Assembly (NCBI GenBank): GCA_002633005.1
Contig: NMRA01000114.1
Coordinates: forward strand, 522,835-586,834
From: Phoronis australis
Lineage: Eukaryota; Animalia; Phoronida
Length of the DNA stretch: 64,000 bases
Reading direction: 5' to 3'
Shown piece after piece: positions 63,044 to 64,000 of the stretch (within the stretch, counting starts at the first letter, position 1; every line of letters starts with the position of its first letter). A model generated the notes under the pieces. That model was given only the letters and a program-made list of their open reading frames with translations, had not been told where the DNA came from and did not search any database. Both the position numbers and the translations under genes were made by a program.

Positions 63044-64000
63044 GGTGAGTAAACAGAAATTCTCCAATGTGATATTATTTTCAATTTTTTTCTGTAGAAT
63101 TATCAAAAAATGTTTTTCGCATACATGATAAGCCTAATTGAAAATTTCTATTAGGCCTAATGAGCATACCGGCGGACACCTCACTATTCTTGTGCTCCTT
63201 GGAAAAAGGACGCACACTTTTTCAAGACAATATATCCCTTCTTGAGATAAAAAATCTTAGCTGTAAAAAAATAAACCATTCTCATGTCAGCAGTTATTTC
63301 AGGACAAAACTAGTGTCATTAACTTTGACATCGGCAAAACCCTCCAATTGTTAAAAATTTGCTCCCAACTTAGCAGACGATGATCGCGTACCTGCAATTT
63401 AGTAGTAAATTGCCCGCAAAGACTCAGTCGCATGTTGAATCCTCACTCTTTCAGGAAACAAACACAGAACGACCTCACTCTTTTAGGAAACAAACGCAGA
63501 ACCACTAATAGATACAGGGATAACGCAAAATCCGTGGCCCTTTTGTATAGTCCCTAATCTTAAAAATTAGCCTTTTTCATTTTCTAAAACACTCACTGAC
63601 GAACACATATCATGATCCATGATACTATTCAAACCATACTTCTGGTAGACATAAAACACATGAAAGCTACTTAGATCACACGAGTATTAGCGAGGCATCG
63701 GTGTACCAGATACGAGACCAGTGACTTTACACGCGTTACTACGGCTGTGGAAAATCTGATTTAGTATTTGACGGTCACTTGATAGTTAGGTATGTGTATC
63801 CAATTCAGAAAATCAGCTATGTATTAGCATCACTGTTTCATGCCTTACTGAACACATTGGCGGATTTGGGGTTACTTTAGTGCAACAACAATTTTCGAAG
63901 AACAGTATGTCAACGTCGTTTAATCTGCCCTTGCATAAATAACGTTCATATATGTACCGAACAGAGATCGTTCTTAATTAAGGGATAACAAAACCGGTAC

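Overview
AT-rich, intron-containing animal DNA, probably from a highly heterozygous marine invertebrate (species not determinable from the sequence alone). Genes: CFAP57/WDR65 (minus strand, 18 visible coding exons, 818-13501), head-to-head with ALKBH7 (plus, 4 exons, 14821-18691); NDUFB6 (plus, 3 exons, 24796-30689); then three minus-strand genes whose coding regions have no introns: CRCP/RPC9 (33111-33518) and two paralogous SVOP-like MFS transporters (42598-44148, 50655-52238). Five near-identical direct repeats abut N-gaps and are best read as uncollapsed haplotypes or overlap artefacts. They are still useful, because they expose filled versus empty transposon sites. Mobile DNA includes Ginger-like, Harbinger-like and hAT-like MITEs, Helentron-type HINEs, a Penelope-like fragment with TSD and degenerate hammerhead, a tRNA-derived SINE, a 1.45 kb foldback element and a DIRS/Ngaro tyrosine-recombinase relic. 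Most interesting observations: (1) homologous promoter/leader-exon modules lie upstream of the unrelated intronless CRCP and SVOP-like ORFs, and two of them keep the same short upstream ORF (MVSRN-E.SVLC); (2) a haplotype-polymorphic HINE carries five regularly spaced CTCF-like motifs. All family assignments come from recalled motifs, not from database searches.
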